This document shows positions 12,001-19,965 of a DNA stretch of 64,000 bases, piece by piece. The stretch spans positions 124,001 to 188,000 of the IMG/VR virus record IMGVR_UViG_3300046323_000587. One strand, given 5' to 3'. The notes under the pieces were generated by a model. That model worked only from the letters and a program-made list of their open reading frames with translations, did not search any database and was not told the origin of the DNA. A program made the translations under genes and the position numbers. The number at the start of each line of letters is the position of its first letter. The stretch's first letter is position 1.

Positions 12001-14593
12001 AATCAATAGAACCCTCAGTTCCATCATTACTTGCTAAACCCATTAATTTAGTATGTAATTCAGCTAAATCAGATTTAAAAGTTGTGTAATCAGGAGAAAT
12101 AAAACTATGAAAATGTTCTTTAAATGCTTTTTGAGCAGACTCTACAATATTTTTAGGTACTCCTTGTGTTTCGTATCTATTTTTTAAAGCAACTGAATCA
12201 TTATCAATTTCTTTAATTTGATTAGCAAGACTGTCTAATTGTTTTTTAGTTTCTTCAGCTGTTGTCGGTTCAGTTTCAGATTGTTTTTTATAATCTTTCT
12301 GTAAGTCAAAATATTGTTTAGTCAAACCATTTTTCTTTTCAAATAATTCAGTTTGTTGTTTTGAATATTCTCTTTGAACAAATTGATTTTCAATGCTAGA
12401 TTTAGCAGAAGACATAGTTTTAAACCAATTTCTCATTTCTTTTGCAATCATAGCAGCTTGAGAATCTTCATATTTTCCAGCTTTCTTAAAGATAACTTGT
12501 TTATTATCTTTATCTAATTTTTCAACATCAAAAGAAAGATTTTTATCAAATAATTTACCTTCACGAGCTTCACTATCAACATAATCCATAAAATCATCTT
12601 GTGCTTTTGAATCACCTAAATAATCTACTAATTGTGTTTTAGCATTTTGAGGAAGAGCTTTCCAATCAAATAATCTTTTAGCCATTACACCTCCAGCAGC
12701 ACCAGCAACCATAGACATACCTAATTCTTGCATAAAATGTGTTGGATCTGTATCAAATTTTTTATATGGAAGTTCTTTACCTTTCTCGTCTTTTTGTTTG
12801 TCTTTATATAATGTAGGCAAACCTAAATCAACTAAAGCATTATATCCCATTTTAAATACTTGAGGAATAACTGCTTCTGCACCTTCTTCTAATGCTTCAC
12901 TTAATCCAGAAGCAGTTAAATCAAGAGTTCTAAGTTTTACATTATCATAACCTTTTGTAGCACGATTAGTAACTTTATCATAAATATCAACAAATGGTTT
13001 AGTTACTTTTTTACCCATTTCTTCAACTGTATTAGAACCTACTTTAGCTGATTTCACTCTATCAGTAAATAGACTTCCAATTTTATTAGCAAACCAAGAT
13101 TTCTGTTGAATTGTTTGTCCAGTTTTCAACGCACCTTCTCCAACTACTTCTTTTACAACATCTTTCATAATAGCAGATTGTGCATCCAACCCCATATTTT
13201 TAATAACATCTTGTGCTATATCACTTTTATATAATTTTTTCAAAGCCCAACCAGTTAAAGCAGTAAATGCTACAGCTTCTCCGTCAGATAATTCAGAAGA
13301 TTTTGCAGCTTTATGAGCTTCAGACATACCTAATCCAACATTATATACCTGAGAAAATGTTTTAGCGGTATTAGAAATATTTTTAATTTCTAATGGAGTC
13401 ATTGGAGCATTAGTAAGCCCTCCTTTTAATCCAGATAATAAAGATTTTTCAATTCCTTTGTAATAAATAGGAATAGATGAAATTAATTTCTGTTGACCTA
13501 ATTGTAAATAAACATCTCCTAATAAATTTAACGCATTTTCAACTGTAAATAGTTGTTCTTGTGAATTTCTTGACACACTTGTATTCAATGAAGAAGAACG
13601 ATTTTGAAAATAGTTTAATTTACTATTCATTGACTTATACCAATCTTCTTCTGTATATCCTTTAGATTTAGCTTTTTTTCCATTGATTGCCCAATCATTG
13701 ACATCATCATAAGTTGATTTGACAGATGACACAGCTTCTAATCCCATTTTACCTAATTCAGGAGTTGAATCAAACAAAGATTTAGCTACACCTAAACCAA
13801 AATATACTTGACCAACATAAGGAATAAATGTAGGTGCAATCATTGTAGCAGTTTTAGCAATAGAACCTAGTAAAGATTTATTTTTACCAATTCCAGACAT
13901 ATAAGTATCACCAAGAACACCTGTATCAAATGCAGAAACAAATTCTTTATTTCGTCCTTCTTTATCATCAATATAATAAGTATAAAAGTCTCCATTCTCA
14001 TTAATTTTATAAGAACCATCTTTTTCTTTTGCATAGACTTTAGGATTTAACCAAGTTTCAATGAATCCTTGGTCTTTAACTTTATCTTTGGTTAATTGTT
14101 TTTTACCTGTTGGATCAAATACATAATTATCTATTGCTAGTTTACGTTCATCTTCAGTTCCTTTTGACCATTGATTGATACCTATAAAGCCTTTATTTTT
14201 ACCTAGTTTGACATTAGCTTTATCTTGTTTAGATAAATTCATTAAAACAGTAGGATTTTTAAGAGTTTGAATACGATTCATTTTATTGAAATGAGTTTCA
14301 AATCCTTTAAAACCACCTGTATCAAAAGGATCAAAATCCATTTTAGAGAATTTATTGTATTCTTTTAAATGCTGGTCATAATAATCATCAAATTTCTTAT
14401 CATCAAAAGTTGTATCGTCTTTACTCTTATGAAATGCTGTAATTTGTTTTATTTTATCTAACTTTTTATATTCTGCTTTATCTTTTAAATCAAAATCACT
14501 TGGACGAAGATTATTTTGAAATAAATCTCCTAAACGTTGTGGTTTTTCACCTGTTATAGATGATAATAACCAATCTGGTTTTTGTTCTTCCAT
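3092..14593 (-). CDS. Giant virion cargo protein (3833 aa) with N-terminal membrane-like helices, an SF1 helicase domain and a second degenerate RecD/Dda-like domain
   Basis: Walker A IDGTFGTGKT (~9530-9560), Walker B FYDEAT (~9165), motif III YTGDSKQ (~9070), motif V SQAQGSE (~8530), motif VI TAVSRGK (~8360). Hydrophobic Gly/Ala-rich segments at ~13770-13880 and ~12680-12725. Position downstream of muzzle/cargo genes as in Crassvirales. Confidence 0.8.
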   Translation of the reverse strand: MEEQKPDWLLSSITGEKPQRLGDLFQNNLRPSDFDLKDKAEYKKLDKIKQITAFHKSKDDTTFDDKKFDDYYDQHLKEYNKFSKMDFDPFDTGGFKGFETHFNKMNRIQTLKNPTVLMNLSKQDKANVKLGKNKGFIGINQWSKGTEDERKLAIDNYVFDPTGKKQLTKDKVKDQGFIETWLNPKVYAKEKDGSYKINENGDFYTYYIDDKEGRNKEFVSAFDTGVLGDTYMSGIGKNKSLLGSIAKTATMIAPTFIPYVGQVYFGLGVAKSLFDSTPELGKMGLEAVSSVKSTYDDVNDWAINGKKAKSKGYTEEDWYKSMNSKLNYFQNRSSSLNTSVSRNSQEQLFTVENALNLLGDVYLQLGQQKLISSIPIYYKGIEKSLLSGLKGGLTNAPMTPLEIKNISNTAKTFSQVYNVGLGMSEAHKAAKSSELSDGEAVAFTALTGWALKKLYKSDIAQDVIKNMGLDAQSAIMKDVVKEVVGEGALKTGQTIQQKSWFANKIGSLFTDRVKSAKVGSNTVEEMGKKVTKPFVDIYDKVTNRATKGYDNVKLRTLDLTASGLSEALEEGAEAVIPQVFKMGYNALVDLGLPTLYKDKQKDEKGKELPYKKFDTDPTHFMQELGMSMVAGAAGGVMAKRLFDWKALPQNAKTQLVDYLGDSKAQDDFMDYVDSEAREGKLFDKNLSFDVEKLDKDNKQVIFKKAGKYEDSQAAMIAKEMRNWFKTMSSAKSSIENQFVQREYSKQQTELFEKKNGLTKQYFDLQKDYKKQSETEPTTAEETKKQLDSLANQIKEIDNDSVALKNRYETQGVPKNIVESAQKAFKEHFHSFISPDYTTFKSDLAELHTKLMGLASNDGTEGSIDSGANKEAIDAVLRKKRDIETGKLATDYLHQALFNINPDIHRHFTEDGSKIDASKFESSKEEITKAKLAFKKYKEASLNPIKNYDVSRDVLENDKKVSLLDNKLRNELYTNYVIETEDEDDYGNIYSVNKFTDSFKDKVFQKSFIKEFIDSTVIKAGTKISNKKFTDIIKSLNENIYSDDETEDTDFKNLFKETLLEHIEIEPEVDFSKFYFDNDNSLNNAGSTGNKIIKQFNSDIEEFGLTSETVNVTTELSKLQSTIDKQRALMSAMEFIIPMVNVWKRDSENPYLNEFKKEPLQQELIRSYKNDVPELNKTLSENLLSKYNQLAKNFENLQTLLIDKGLSLSGEVASQYTDITQELEKEFEILQKIDSNNVAAFQNSDKGTLKLYSVAEINNIINLLENSNKLLLFINGIKKEVELNGSYDSKLKEIQKDSKEQQFFTAFDKEYLKTRIILENNERVVKFLTERKNFNENNKDNLFIKKSITVVKKDTAVLHSTINLISGIDSEIQNQLGDKYSPDKEFDKISSETIVEDIVYLSELETALYSWYQTQEKEVKELIDEALINYQNNEREALERGVELKDNGHVDLYTTSVNKVIKINPGDNLATKSGIYNSVTTSQNLSSLRENTTGIFKSSSEFTISEDLLEEQKYNLAAKYHYISEVLNFPSNNSRKLYFETISILLEKENVNAPIGIQEKVILEAYKFYLAKDNKQFDILASKVLKLKEYFDKDLTEDILIEPEFQSLVRQFGLSSNINLFFNGDKIDFEKSTYYSKTSDKDVTDLTLKEVLLGKDKEVYKQEILAYLDIYNPIKNQIFIDGTFGTGKTSMIMSYLLTLINKNSTKKTLLLSNNIIQQGNFDSMLSTFDLKDKVDKVDKLGDLGIAKFENLVNKPFGILNALLQQFGLTEKEAFDLINGETTDYKVFLKDGNIEKFKVFAETYNSIFYDEATNIPKNVIYFLEELQNAANLENRLPIFYTGDSKQIQNISHTSEPDKYPVYTNNSITSIPFITRTLPLTDSLRIGYKANIDFLATLNIGLKALENNITTLDSRFDNASIDIIAILGSLNLKDKISYNDEDYSGIKVSVIADDGFGQFVNGEKEKYKEAATKEKELFEKAKESNVAIKPFKRIGKEIDTSEIMVIGEEVVDDILTYTNSQAQGSEKEVVFLDIVSIYDNIKEAYNKSTKDEIVNDKFIGTNFDQKLYHLDILTKLITAVSRGKRRVNIVVRNKHKNILKHLGLQEAEEKTPNKELGGYQVTFLSNEEVKSKAKANYKKQVEELKVRLVPVEGVENVEVRKEPTSDSGASKSTKVKTSNKPKPAATTKKEAEIKSSITNKPVKKEFSTDDLDIIIQTQESLEEEPTDYDINTDLLGFVKEEVSFTSTELGRKVKADEEENFNLAAIEEIANSTRSVRVDVSSKTDKTDILKKISELSSNILYLSPNNAGLELYTKADISGSMTITTSFSEYLDENGKKVIKEGVPRPIDKKYDYIVIVESEYISNSDIGNLIEPGRKFILLYDKDTIDIPEPEKSKVFKNKEVRIDEFKTKIIKLADYNNLSRIFETDTKTKKIESNFDSETNSGVAVIKEEEVFLETFIKDFKANLTSTRIITSTIKRAEELNKRVRTKLGRKKELEKGDLIVTTTSIKQYIDRQYTEIIKLGTFFTVDKISDGILEGDLEFFKDRKEIKLDSKKFTGYTVTLEQGGRTITIPFLDSNGRNELKNLLESKSISDYHSSIKARFNQIDLGYVTTLQKAQSKSYRNAYIALNKDDLTLSTSRPLYTMLLKATDKIVFQSNDLTTTPDLANTDFSKQEQREYYSIPSILDKANAEEFIRDYYKNVVEEESKKDPIKEDEGSDKTPQEITEKIKADFKKAVISNKENLNLNELFAEGTDTTTIELLYNKLKESYLWSILSTNNPIKDIVEKLETLKQSKLKGTLNNIEYKNLTKELEAQLDPLRIAQLKEIFPTLTKADFEIKLTPKIIIKIEQAKTYADASDLNLNKEDKEFLKNRYKDKIVDKVIQFTIDGKTVTQIPNVDKQKLATPNLEDKGYKESVDNLLKSFTSNTHGIIKTGTYYKVVVFKSVTEKLPKQTITIIPIPGEDLKKIENDLLEDNLNGNLVNLDNDSKLYNAARFYIWHIPLSDVTRLKQFLEITDKLNDSEQQRIISFIQSLKNYYTGKIDVGALQEKVKAFPDTFKVKRKLKILIDSIVRKPFTVKLVGKKFNPSTDASVNSRSTELNDLDEGNITYEWRVVVEDLEISLGGIYNNNKYGEYVTNEIKNQFFDTTNNFGKKVSESDNEVVIGTISKKDVAELKETLKIKNGRFTRKENEATTLKQLQERTEFLISGAYVWYDKPETSKDVRDRLSKKGQNFDLKTGRPFILTTLGNQVIESSGKPVTVTDKADLIKKFFAGYKGITVIYADEGKTTFNTIYDNFQAIVTEDPTNKKDFGVKVDLIITPNLKENLSKGFKQILTKFLGKKLDFKYNLELVSTTDPENITETDILKAIGEYLGESKNTSQEDIDDYQQGMSNPFADFFDSEPSAETLKDNLEKKLETLIKKLEGDGRNINPMDVRLILSAYHFLQLNAAGKQNLYSNFFKIKELVDLDKSLLSSLHTALIGTEQFKNGIFGITPGKNLTKLVDSTQPGPHYGILTDTSHITFKEGPDYGFFDLSLEDVSKLKQDMKIKESEDTVEKEKQEKIAIIRKGYADNVLGIPTNSDITNLLDGKTLKNEAKEIFFKLKGKEFIVLNIREGANELFKARLDKGYNLDFIPDSVIYDSTNRLYTYQTEIEKDEKRYKLVLSNTIDSILKKELPIVQETEIIESTPTTPKQDFSKFYYSFIQEVSKANSLIEKPSDAQSAILNGNWSQFNIAMAQLKDTNSDAVRMIYGETNFDDINKRLLKEEYPLFEFLDKINNQVENGLSAAYEGISKPTLGDLSDARSFFLRNLIDEDFENLNISFQKIYNNTNISCK

Positions 14594-14665
14594 AATTATA
14601 ATATTTTTTAATAATTTTAATATTTTATAAAATGTAATTAATGAAGGTAATTTAATTTAATTTTT

Positions 14666-16801
14666 TTATTGTTGTTCAGGATTTCCCCAAGCTCCATAAG
14701 AACTACTAGGACTAAATATAGGTGCTGGACCATTAGCTCCAGGGTAAGTTGTTTGACCAGTAGGAATTCTATATTGATATTGATCTGCATTTATTCCTGC
14801 CCCTCCAGGTCCTTGGGTCATATTAGATATATGCACTGATTGTTTAGATACATTAGACTTTAAACCATCTGTAAGTCTTTGTGAATGTTGATCATTAACA
14901 GGTAAAAATACTTTCGTTTCATACACTTTTGCATCAGTTCTTCCTGTCCATTGAGTTTCTACTTTTCCTTCATCAGTTACTCCTATGTGAGTACCGATAG
15001 GAGTTTTTACTTTATAATTAGGTGTGCCGTCAGGATTTAATTCATAAGAAGCTCCTTTTATAGCTTGTTGAGCTAAAGAGTTATCTCTATCTGAAGCTTT
15101 ACCTACATATTTAAATCCTAGACTTTGTGAAGTGTCTTCATCAATTTTTCCATCTGTATCTACATAATTTACAGTAGCAACATTAAATTTTTGAAAAGTC
15201 AAATCTTGTGGAGCACCTTGTCTAACTAAATAATCTTTAACATTTTGTTGACCTTCTGCTGTAAATGTATTATATTTTTGAGGTTCTTTATCAAATACAG
15301 ATTCTTTTATTTTAAGGTATGTTTTTGCTGCTTCTTTGTCTGTTGGTAGATATAACATTGAAGAATTAAAATTAGTTGTACTAAGAACAACATTATTTAT
15401 AGGTAGTTGTATATTAGCTCCATACATACCTGCATTTACTGTACTTCCTGCTTCAGCACTTTTTCCCCAATCTGAATTTTGTAACATTTGTAAAGGCATT
15501 ATTTTACCGTTTTTATCTTGCATACCTAAAGCTCCTTTTACAGTACTTGCTAAAGCTTTAAATTTAACTCCATCTACAACAAATTCTTGCATTTCTTGAT
15601 TCATTAAACCATTTCCGTGAGCTTGATGAAGACCAATTTCTTCTGTTAATTCTTGTCCTCCTGCACCTCTTCCTGAATGTAAGTTACTATAACCCATATC
15701 AATATTTTGAGCAGTCAAAGATTCTGTTTTAGTAGTCTTTTTAGCATTACCATAATCTTGCAATCTTTTAATAGCTGCAACTTCAAGATTCCAATTCATT
15801 AATTGAGCTTTTTCTTCTTCTGACATATTATCTTTAACACCTTCATTAAGATTTATGCCAGAGACTGCAATACGACCAGAAAGTTGATCATTTAATATTT
15901 GACTTTTAACCGCATCCCAATCAGCTTCATCTATATAACCAAATATTGCATTTTTAAATGCTTGTACTTGACCTTTTGGTCCTTCATTAGTTTCACGACC
16001 TCCTGCATTACGTTGAGTACCTGCTGCAATTTGACCAGAAGCAACTTGACCAAATACGCTCAATAGAGTATTATCAGATTTACTTCCACTGGTTTCTATA
16101 TGAGATAATAGTTTTACAACTTTATCTTGAACTTCGCTCATTCCTTTAACATATCCAATAGTTTTATTTAGATCTGGATTAGTTACAGAACCTTTGTAAT
16201 CAAATTCAGTTTTAAATTCTCCTACTGTCATCAAATTACCATATATAGAATCTGGTTTATTTCTATCTAATAAATAAGTGGCATAAGGAACTTCATTGTA
16301 TTTATTTAATGTCTTGTCCCATACAATTACTTTACCATCTTTTGCCATAACAGAACCTTGTGCTTTACGAGATTCAGCTGACTTCCATTGTTCTTCTGTT
16401 TCTTTTTGTTGTCTTAATAAAGTATTAATTTCATCAGGTTGAACTGTTGCGTCTCTCATTAATCTTTTACCTTTATTAGTTTTGAGAGCCATATAATTCA
16501 TATTATCTAATTGATTAATCTTTTGTTGTTTTTGAGCAATGTAAGCATCAACAGCAGCAGTATGTCCTTTTCCGTATAATTCTTTAAGCATATCTTTATC
16601 TAATAAAGAAGATAAATCTGGTGCTTCTGTACGCTTTGTTTGAGCAATATCTTCAACTCCAATCATAGGAACCCCCATACCAACATTAGGCAATTGAGAT
16701 ATAGTTTCAGGTATATACGTATATGATTGATAAGCTCCTCCGGATTGATATTTACTCAAAGGTTTTTTAATCGATTTTAAACTTTTATATAATGATTTCA
16801 T
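14666..16801 (-). CDS. Putative virion cargo protein (711 aa), N-terminal KYQSGG tag
   Basis: Long ORF directly upstream of the giant proteins; begins MKSLYKSLKSIKKPLSKYQSGG; no Cys seen. Confidence 0.6.
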   Translation of the reverse strand: MKSLYKSLKSIKKPLSKYQSGGAYQSYTYIPETISQLPNVGMGVPMIGVEDIAQTKRTEAPDLSSLLDKDMLKELYGKGHTAAVDAYIAQKQQKINQLDNMNYMALKTNKGKRLMRDATVQPDEINTLLRQQKETEEQWKSAESRKAQGSVMAKDGKVIVWDKTLNKYNEVPYATYLLDRNKPDSIYGNLMTVGEFKTEFDYKGSVTNPDLNKTIGYVKGMSEVQDKVVKLLSHIETSGSKSDNTLLSVFGQVASGQIAAGTQRNAGGRETNEGPKGQVQAFKNAIFGYIDEADWDAVKSQILNDQLSGRIAVSGINLNEGVKDNMSEEEKAQLMNWNLEVAAIKRLQDYGNAKKTTKTESLTAQNIDMGYSNLHSGRGAGGQELTEEIGLHQAHGNGLMNQEMQEFVVDGVKFKALASTVKGALGMQDKNGKIMPLQMLQNSDWGKSAEAGSTVNAGMYGANIQLPINNVVLSTTNFNSSMLYLPTDKEAAKTYLKIKESVFDKEPQKYNTFTAEGQQNVKDYLVRQGAPQDLTFQKFNVATVNYVDTDGKIDEDTSQSLGFKYVGKASDRDNSLAQQAIKGASYELNPDGTPNYKVKTPIGTHIGVTDEGKVETQWTGRTDAKVYETKVFLPVNDQHSQRLTDGLKSNVSKQSVHISNMTQGPGGAGINADQYQYRIPTGQTTYPGANGPAPIFSPSSSYGAWGNPEQQ

Positions 16802-16843
16802 AATTTTTCTTTTATAGTCTTATTGATTATAAACTTATTCTTA

Positions 16844-16853
16844 TAAATATAAC
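16844..16853 (-). promoter_or_regulatory. Possible Bacteroidota-type -7 promoter element (GTTATATTTA)
   Basis: Resembles TAnnTTTG with terminal A; just downstream of a terminator and ~43 nt upstream of the 16801 start; identical 10-mer at 44635-44644. Confidence 0.3.
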
Positions 16854-16865
16854 AAATTTTGTTAT

Positions 16866-16902
16866 AAACACAAAAATCCTCACTAATCAAAGCAAGGATT
16901 TT
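16866..16902 (-). terminator. Rho-independent terminator
   Basis: Minus strand AAAATCCTTGCT-TTGATT-AGTGAGGATTTT followed by TGTGTTT; stem with two G.U pairs, downstream of 16971..17312. Confidence 0.7.
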
Positions 16903-16970
16903 ATAATATAAATTGTTACAATAATTAGTTATTTTTTAGATTACTGTAATTCAAATAACTTTGATATTTC

Positions 16971-17312
16971 TTATTGTTTTTCTGTAACAGTATTAAAAAT
17001 AGTTTTTAAATCTTCTAATAAAGATACTAAAATCTTATGAATTTTAATAAATTCTGGAACTGCTTCTTTTTTGTTATCAAAACTAAACTCTTTAGAGATT
17101 ATATTTGCATTTTTATCTTTAGAGGTTATATCTTTTATATAAAGTTGGTAAATAGTCTTTTCTTTATTGTGATTTAATATTAATTCAAAGTTTTCTCCTA
17201 AAAAAAATCTAATAAAATCTTCTATTAAAACACTGCTTTCTTCTATTGTTTTATGAGATTTAGATACAATATCTAATAATTGCTCATTTGTAAAATCATT
17301 TTTAATTTTCAT
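16971..17312 (-). CDS. Hypothetical protein (113 aa, untagged)
   Basis: ORF in operon orientation; no recognisable motif. Confidence 0.6.
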   Translation of the reverse strand: MKIKNDFTNEQLLDIVSKSHKTIEESSVLIEDFIRFFLGENFELILNHNKEKTIYQLYIKDITSKDKNANIISKEFSFDNKKEAVPEFIKIHKILVSLLEDLKTIFNTVTEKQ

Positions 17313-17342
17313 TTAGATTTGGATTTAAATTGGTATTATAAT

Positions 17343-18509
17343 TTAATTGCTTGGTCTATTAGTTGGTTGTCCAAAATTATCTTTTGTAATTTTTTTTGTA
17401 GTAGGATTTCTATTCCAACCATCAATAGTATCAGTTTTTGATTCTGTAGTTCCTTCATAATGGTATTTTACTCCTGTAACTCCTTTATTACCTGACCTAA
17501 TAAAATCATCAAAAATAATTCTTCCAGAAGATCCGTTTGATTTATTATTGTTTTTATTATTATTGTTGTTTTTATTATTATTATTATTATTATTATTAAT
17601 AACAGTATTATTAGAAGGCACTTTATTAGGTACTTTATTGTCTGTTGTATTACTAGGAGTATTTGAATTATTATTTGTATTATTTACAACTGGTTGAACA
17701 GGAGTTGGAGTTAGAGTTGGTACTGGAACTGGTTTTGGAGTTATTGTATTACTGATATTAGAGTTAAGAGGTGTAAAAGTATTTGTAACTTCTTTTGTTC
17801 CGTATGAAGTAGTTTGAGGTTTTTCTATTGTACCTATTTGATACATTCCACCAGTAGACGATTTTGCAGCAACTACTCCTGTATTTTTATTAGTTTTATC
17901 ATAAATAGTAGAAATATTGCTATTTTGCATTGGTAGTTTACCTCTTAATACATTTGCTGTACCTGTACCTACTGTTCTAGCAACTTCTTTACCTTTTTCT
18001 GTAAGAGTGTCATAATTATCTATTTCAGTGGCAGCTTTTTGAAAAAATTTACCATTATTATAATTAGAAGTACTCGTACTTAGTTTAGGAGTGAAAATTG
18101 TTCCATTAGCTAACCTATATTTACCATTACCTATTGATTCAGCACCTTGTGGAATAGCTCCTCCATCTTCAAAGAATTTAATATCATATAATTCACCATC
18201 AACTCGACCACCTTTTAAGAATTTACTAAAAGATTTAATTAATTTCATTCCTTTACGAGCTTGAAGGGATTCTGCTTGATAATCTGTTTCTTGTTCAGTA
18301 TAATCATAATCAGGAAGTGTGTCTTGATTTAATGTATCATAACTAATTTGATCTTCTGCTTGTTCATTAAATTGATTGTATTCTTGTTCAGTAGGATTAG
18401 AAGGATCGTATTGTTGAGTAGTATTTAATGGAGTATAACTAACAGTATTGCTAGTTATACCACCACTTTGATACTTATTTTTGTATTTTTGTGATTTCCA
18501 ATTATACAT
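17343..18509 (-). CDS. Low-complexity tagged protein (388 aa)
   Basis: Four tag copies (NKYQSGG, QARKGMKL, KFLKGG, KFFEDGG); Pro/Thr and poly-Asn tracts. Confidence 0.65.
   Translation of the reverse strand: MYNWKSQKYKNKYQSGGITSNTVSYTPLNTTQQYDPSNPTEQEYNQFNEQAEDQISYDTLNQDTLPDYDYTEQETDYQAESLQARKGMKLIKSFSKFLKGGRVDGELYDIKFFEDGGAIPQGAESIGNGKYRLANGTIFTPKLSTSTSNYNNGKFFQKAATEIDNYDTLTEKGKEVARTVGTGTANVLRGKLPMQNSNISTIYDKTNKNTGVVAAKSSTGGMYQIGTIEKPQTTSYGTKEVTNTFTPLNSNISNTITPKPVPVPTLTPTPVQPVVNNTNNNSNTPSNTTDNKVPNKVPSNNTVINNNNNNNNKNNNNNKNNNKSNGSSGRIIFDDFIRSGNKGVTGVKYHYEGTTESKTDTIDGWNRNPTTKKITKDNFGQPTNRPSN
17572..17598. repeat. (TTA)9 trinucleotide tract encoding poly-Asn
   Basis: Read directly; in-frame within 17343..18509 (INNNNNNNNKNNNNNK). 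Confidence 0.85.
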
Positions 18510-18531
18510 TTGATTAGTTTAATTAGATTAA

Positions 18532-19641
18532 TTATTCAACAACTCTTGTTTTGAATTGACCATTAGCTAATTGCATTTTTTCAATTACTTTACCATTAGC
18601 ATTTTTACCAGCTGGAGCCCACTGACCTTGAACATAAAAAAGTTTTCCGTCTTTTCCCATTTGTTGTGTTCTATTTTTGGCATCTTTTACATACGTACTT
18701 CCACTTGTAAAATCTTCTACACTAGGCTCATATTTCTTATCTGTATGAGACATAAAATTTCTTAGTTGTTCTTTTGTAATATTGTTAGCAGACACTCCAT
18801 AATGAGCACCAATTTGTCCTACAACATCTTTAGTAGAAAGATTATATTTTTTTGCAACTTGTTGTAAAGCAGAAGCTAGTTCTGGATGCATTGAATTAGG
18901 GTTAGTTACTTTTTTACCACTAGCATTAAAAGCATCTACTTCAGCTTTTCCTGGAGTGCCTTTTGAATCTAATTGAATTTTCTGTTGTTTTTCAATTAAA
19001 GGATTTGTTCTATTGGCTTGTCTCTTTAAGTTTTCTATTTCTATATAATCATTATGGGCATTTTTATTTTGTAGAGAAGCTAATCTTTGTCTAATTTTAT
19101 CGTCCAAAGCTTGATCATTTATTTTAGGAAAAGCTATTTTCATTTCTTTGTACGCTTTATTGTACATAACTTCAGGATCTCTAGGCCCACTTCTTACAGT
19201 TACCTCATCTAATAACATATTTCCTTCTTCGTCTCTACCAGGAACTGTTCCTGCTGGAGTTTGAAAACTTCTAGTCCTGCCACCTCTACGATACATCTCA
19301 CCGCCATCACCATATTCTTCCTCACCTTCCATCATTTCTTCCTCCATTTCAGGTTGTTCTTGAGAACCTCCACCTAATTGTCCAAGAATTTCGTGTAATA
19401 CACTTGTTACTTGTTGTTTATAATCACTAAAAGATTCAAGATGTTGAGCAATAGTTTTTTCAGGGTCTTCTTGTTTAATTTTAGCTAATTCATCTTCTTT
19501 AAGAGCTGCTTTTGTAGTACATTCTGCAAGATATTCAAACATATCATCAACTAAATCAACTAACATACTCATTGGATCGTGACCTTCTGCCTGATCCATT
19601 GTGTAATCTTCTTGTGGCATTTCTTCTTGTTCGTTATACAT
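18532..19641 (-). CDS. Tagged protein (369 aa), acidic helical N-domain plus basic C-domain
   Basis: Junction between the domains reads EYGDGGEMYRRGGRTRSFQTPAG (three tag variants). Confidence 0.65.
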   Translation of the reverse strand: MYNEQEEMPQEDYTMDQAEGHDPMSMLVDLVDDMFEYLAECTTKAALKEDELAKIKQEDPEKTIAQHLESFSDYKQQVTSVLHEILGQLGGGSQEQPEMEEEMMEGEEEYGDGGEMYRRGGRTRSFQTPAGTVPGRDEEGNMLLDEVTVRSGPRDPEVMYNKAYKEMKIAFPKINDQALDDKIRQRLASLQNKNAHNDYIEIENLKRQANRTNPLIEKQQKIQLDSKGTPGKAEVDAFNASGKKVTNPNSMHPELASALQQVAKKYNLSTKDVVGQIGAHYGVSANNITKEQLRNFMSHTDKKYEPSVEDFTSGSTYVKDAKNRTQQMGKDGKLFYVQGQWAPAGKNANGKVIEKMQLANGQFKTRVVE

Positions 19642-19698
19642 AATTTCGAAATTATTTTTGTTATTTACTATTTTGATTATTAAACTAATTATTTAAAA

Positions 19699-19965
19699 CT
19701 AAATTTTCAACCTTAAATTCAAATTTTTATTGTATTGATTAAGTATAAAATTTGATTCTCTATTAAATCTATCTTTGACTTTATCAAAATATTTAGCATC
19801 AAAGTTAGAAGAATTTTTTTGAGATTTATAATATCTTTTAGATATTTCTTGAATAACTTTATTAAATTCTACTGTTGCTTTATGTCTAGCTTTTAATTCT
19901 TCTACTTGTAACTTATGTTGCTGTTTTAATTCTTCTAATATTACTTTGCTACGGTGCGCATCCAT
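19699..19965 (-). CDS. Small basic coiled-coil hypothetical protein (88 aa)
   Basis: Overlaps end of the 1552-aa ORF by 25 nt; only intact gene seen ending in TAG. Confidence 0.45.
   Translation of the reverse strand: MDAHRSKVILEELKQQHKLQVEELKARHKATVEFNKVIQEISKRYYKSQKNSSNFDAKYFDKVKDRFNRESNFILNQYNKNLNLRLKI

Noticed and set aside
1-14593. Firm call of virion RNA polymerase
   Set aside because: No DxDxD catalytic motif seen in the 3833-aa protein or the visible part of the next ORF; may lie beyond the left edge.
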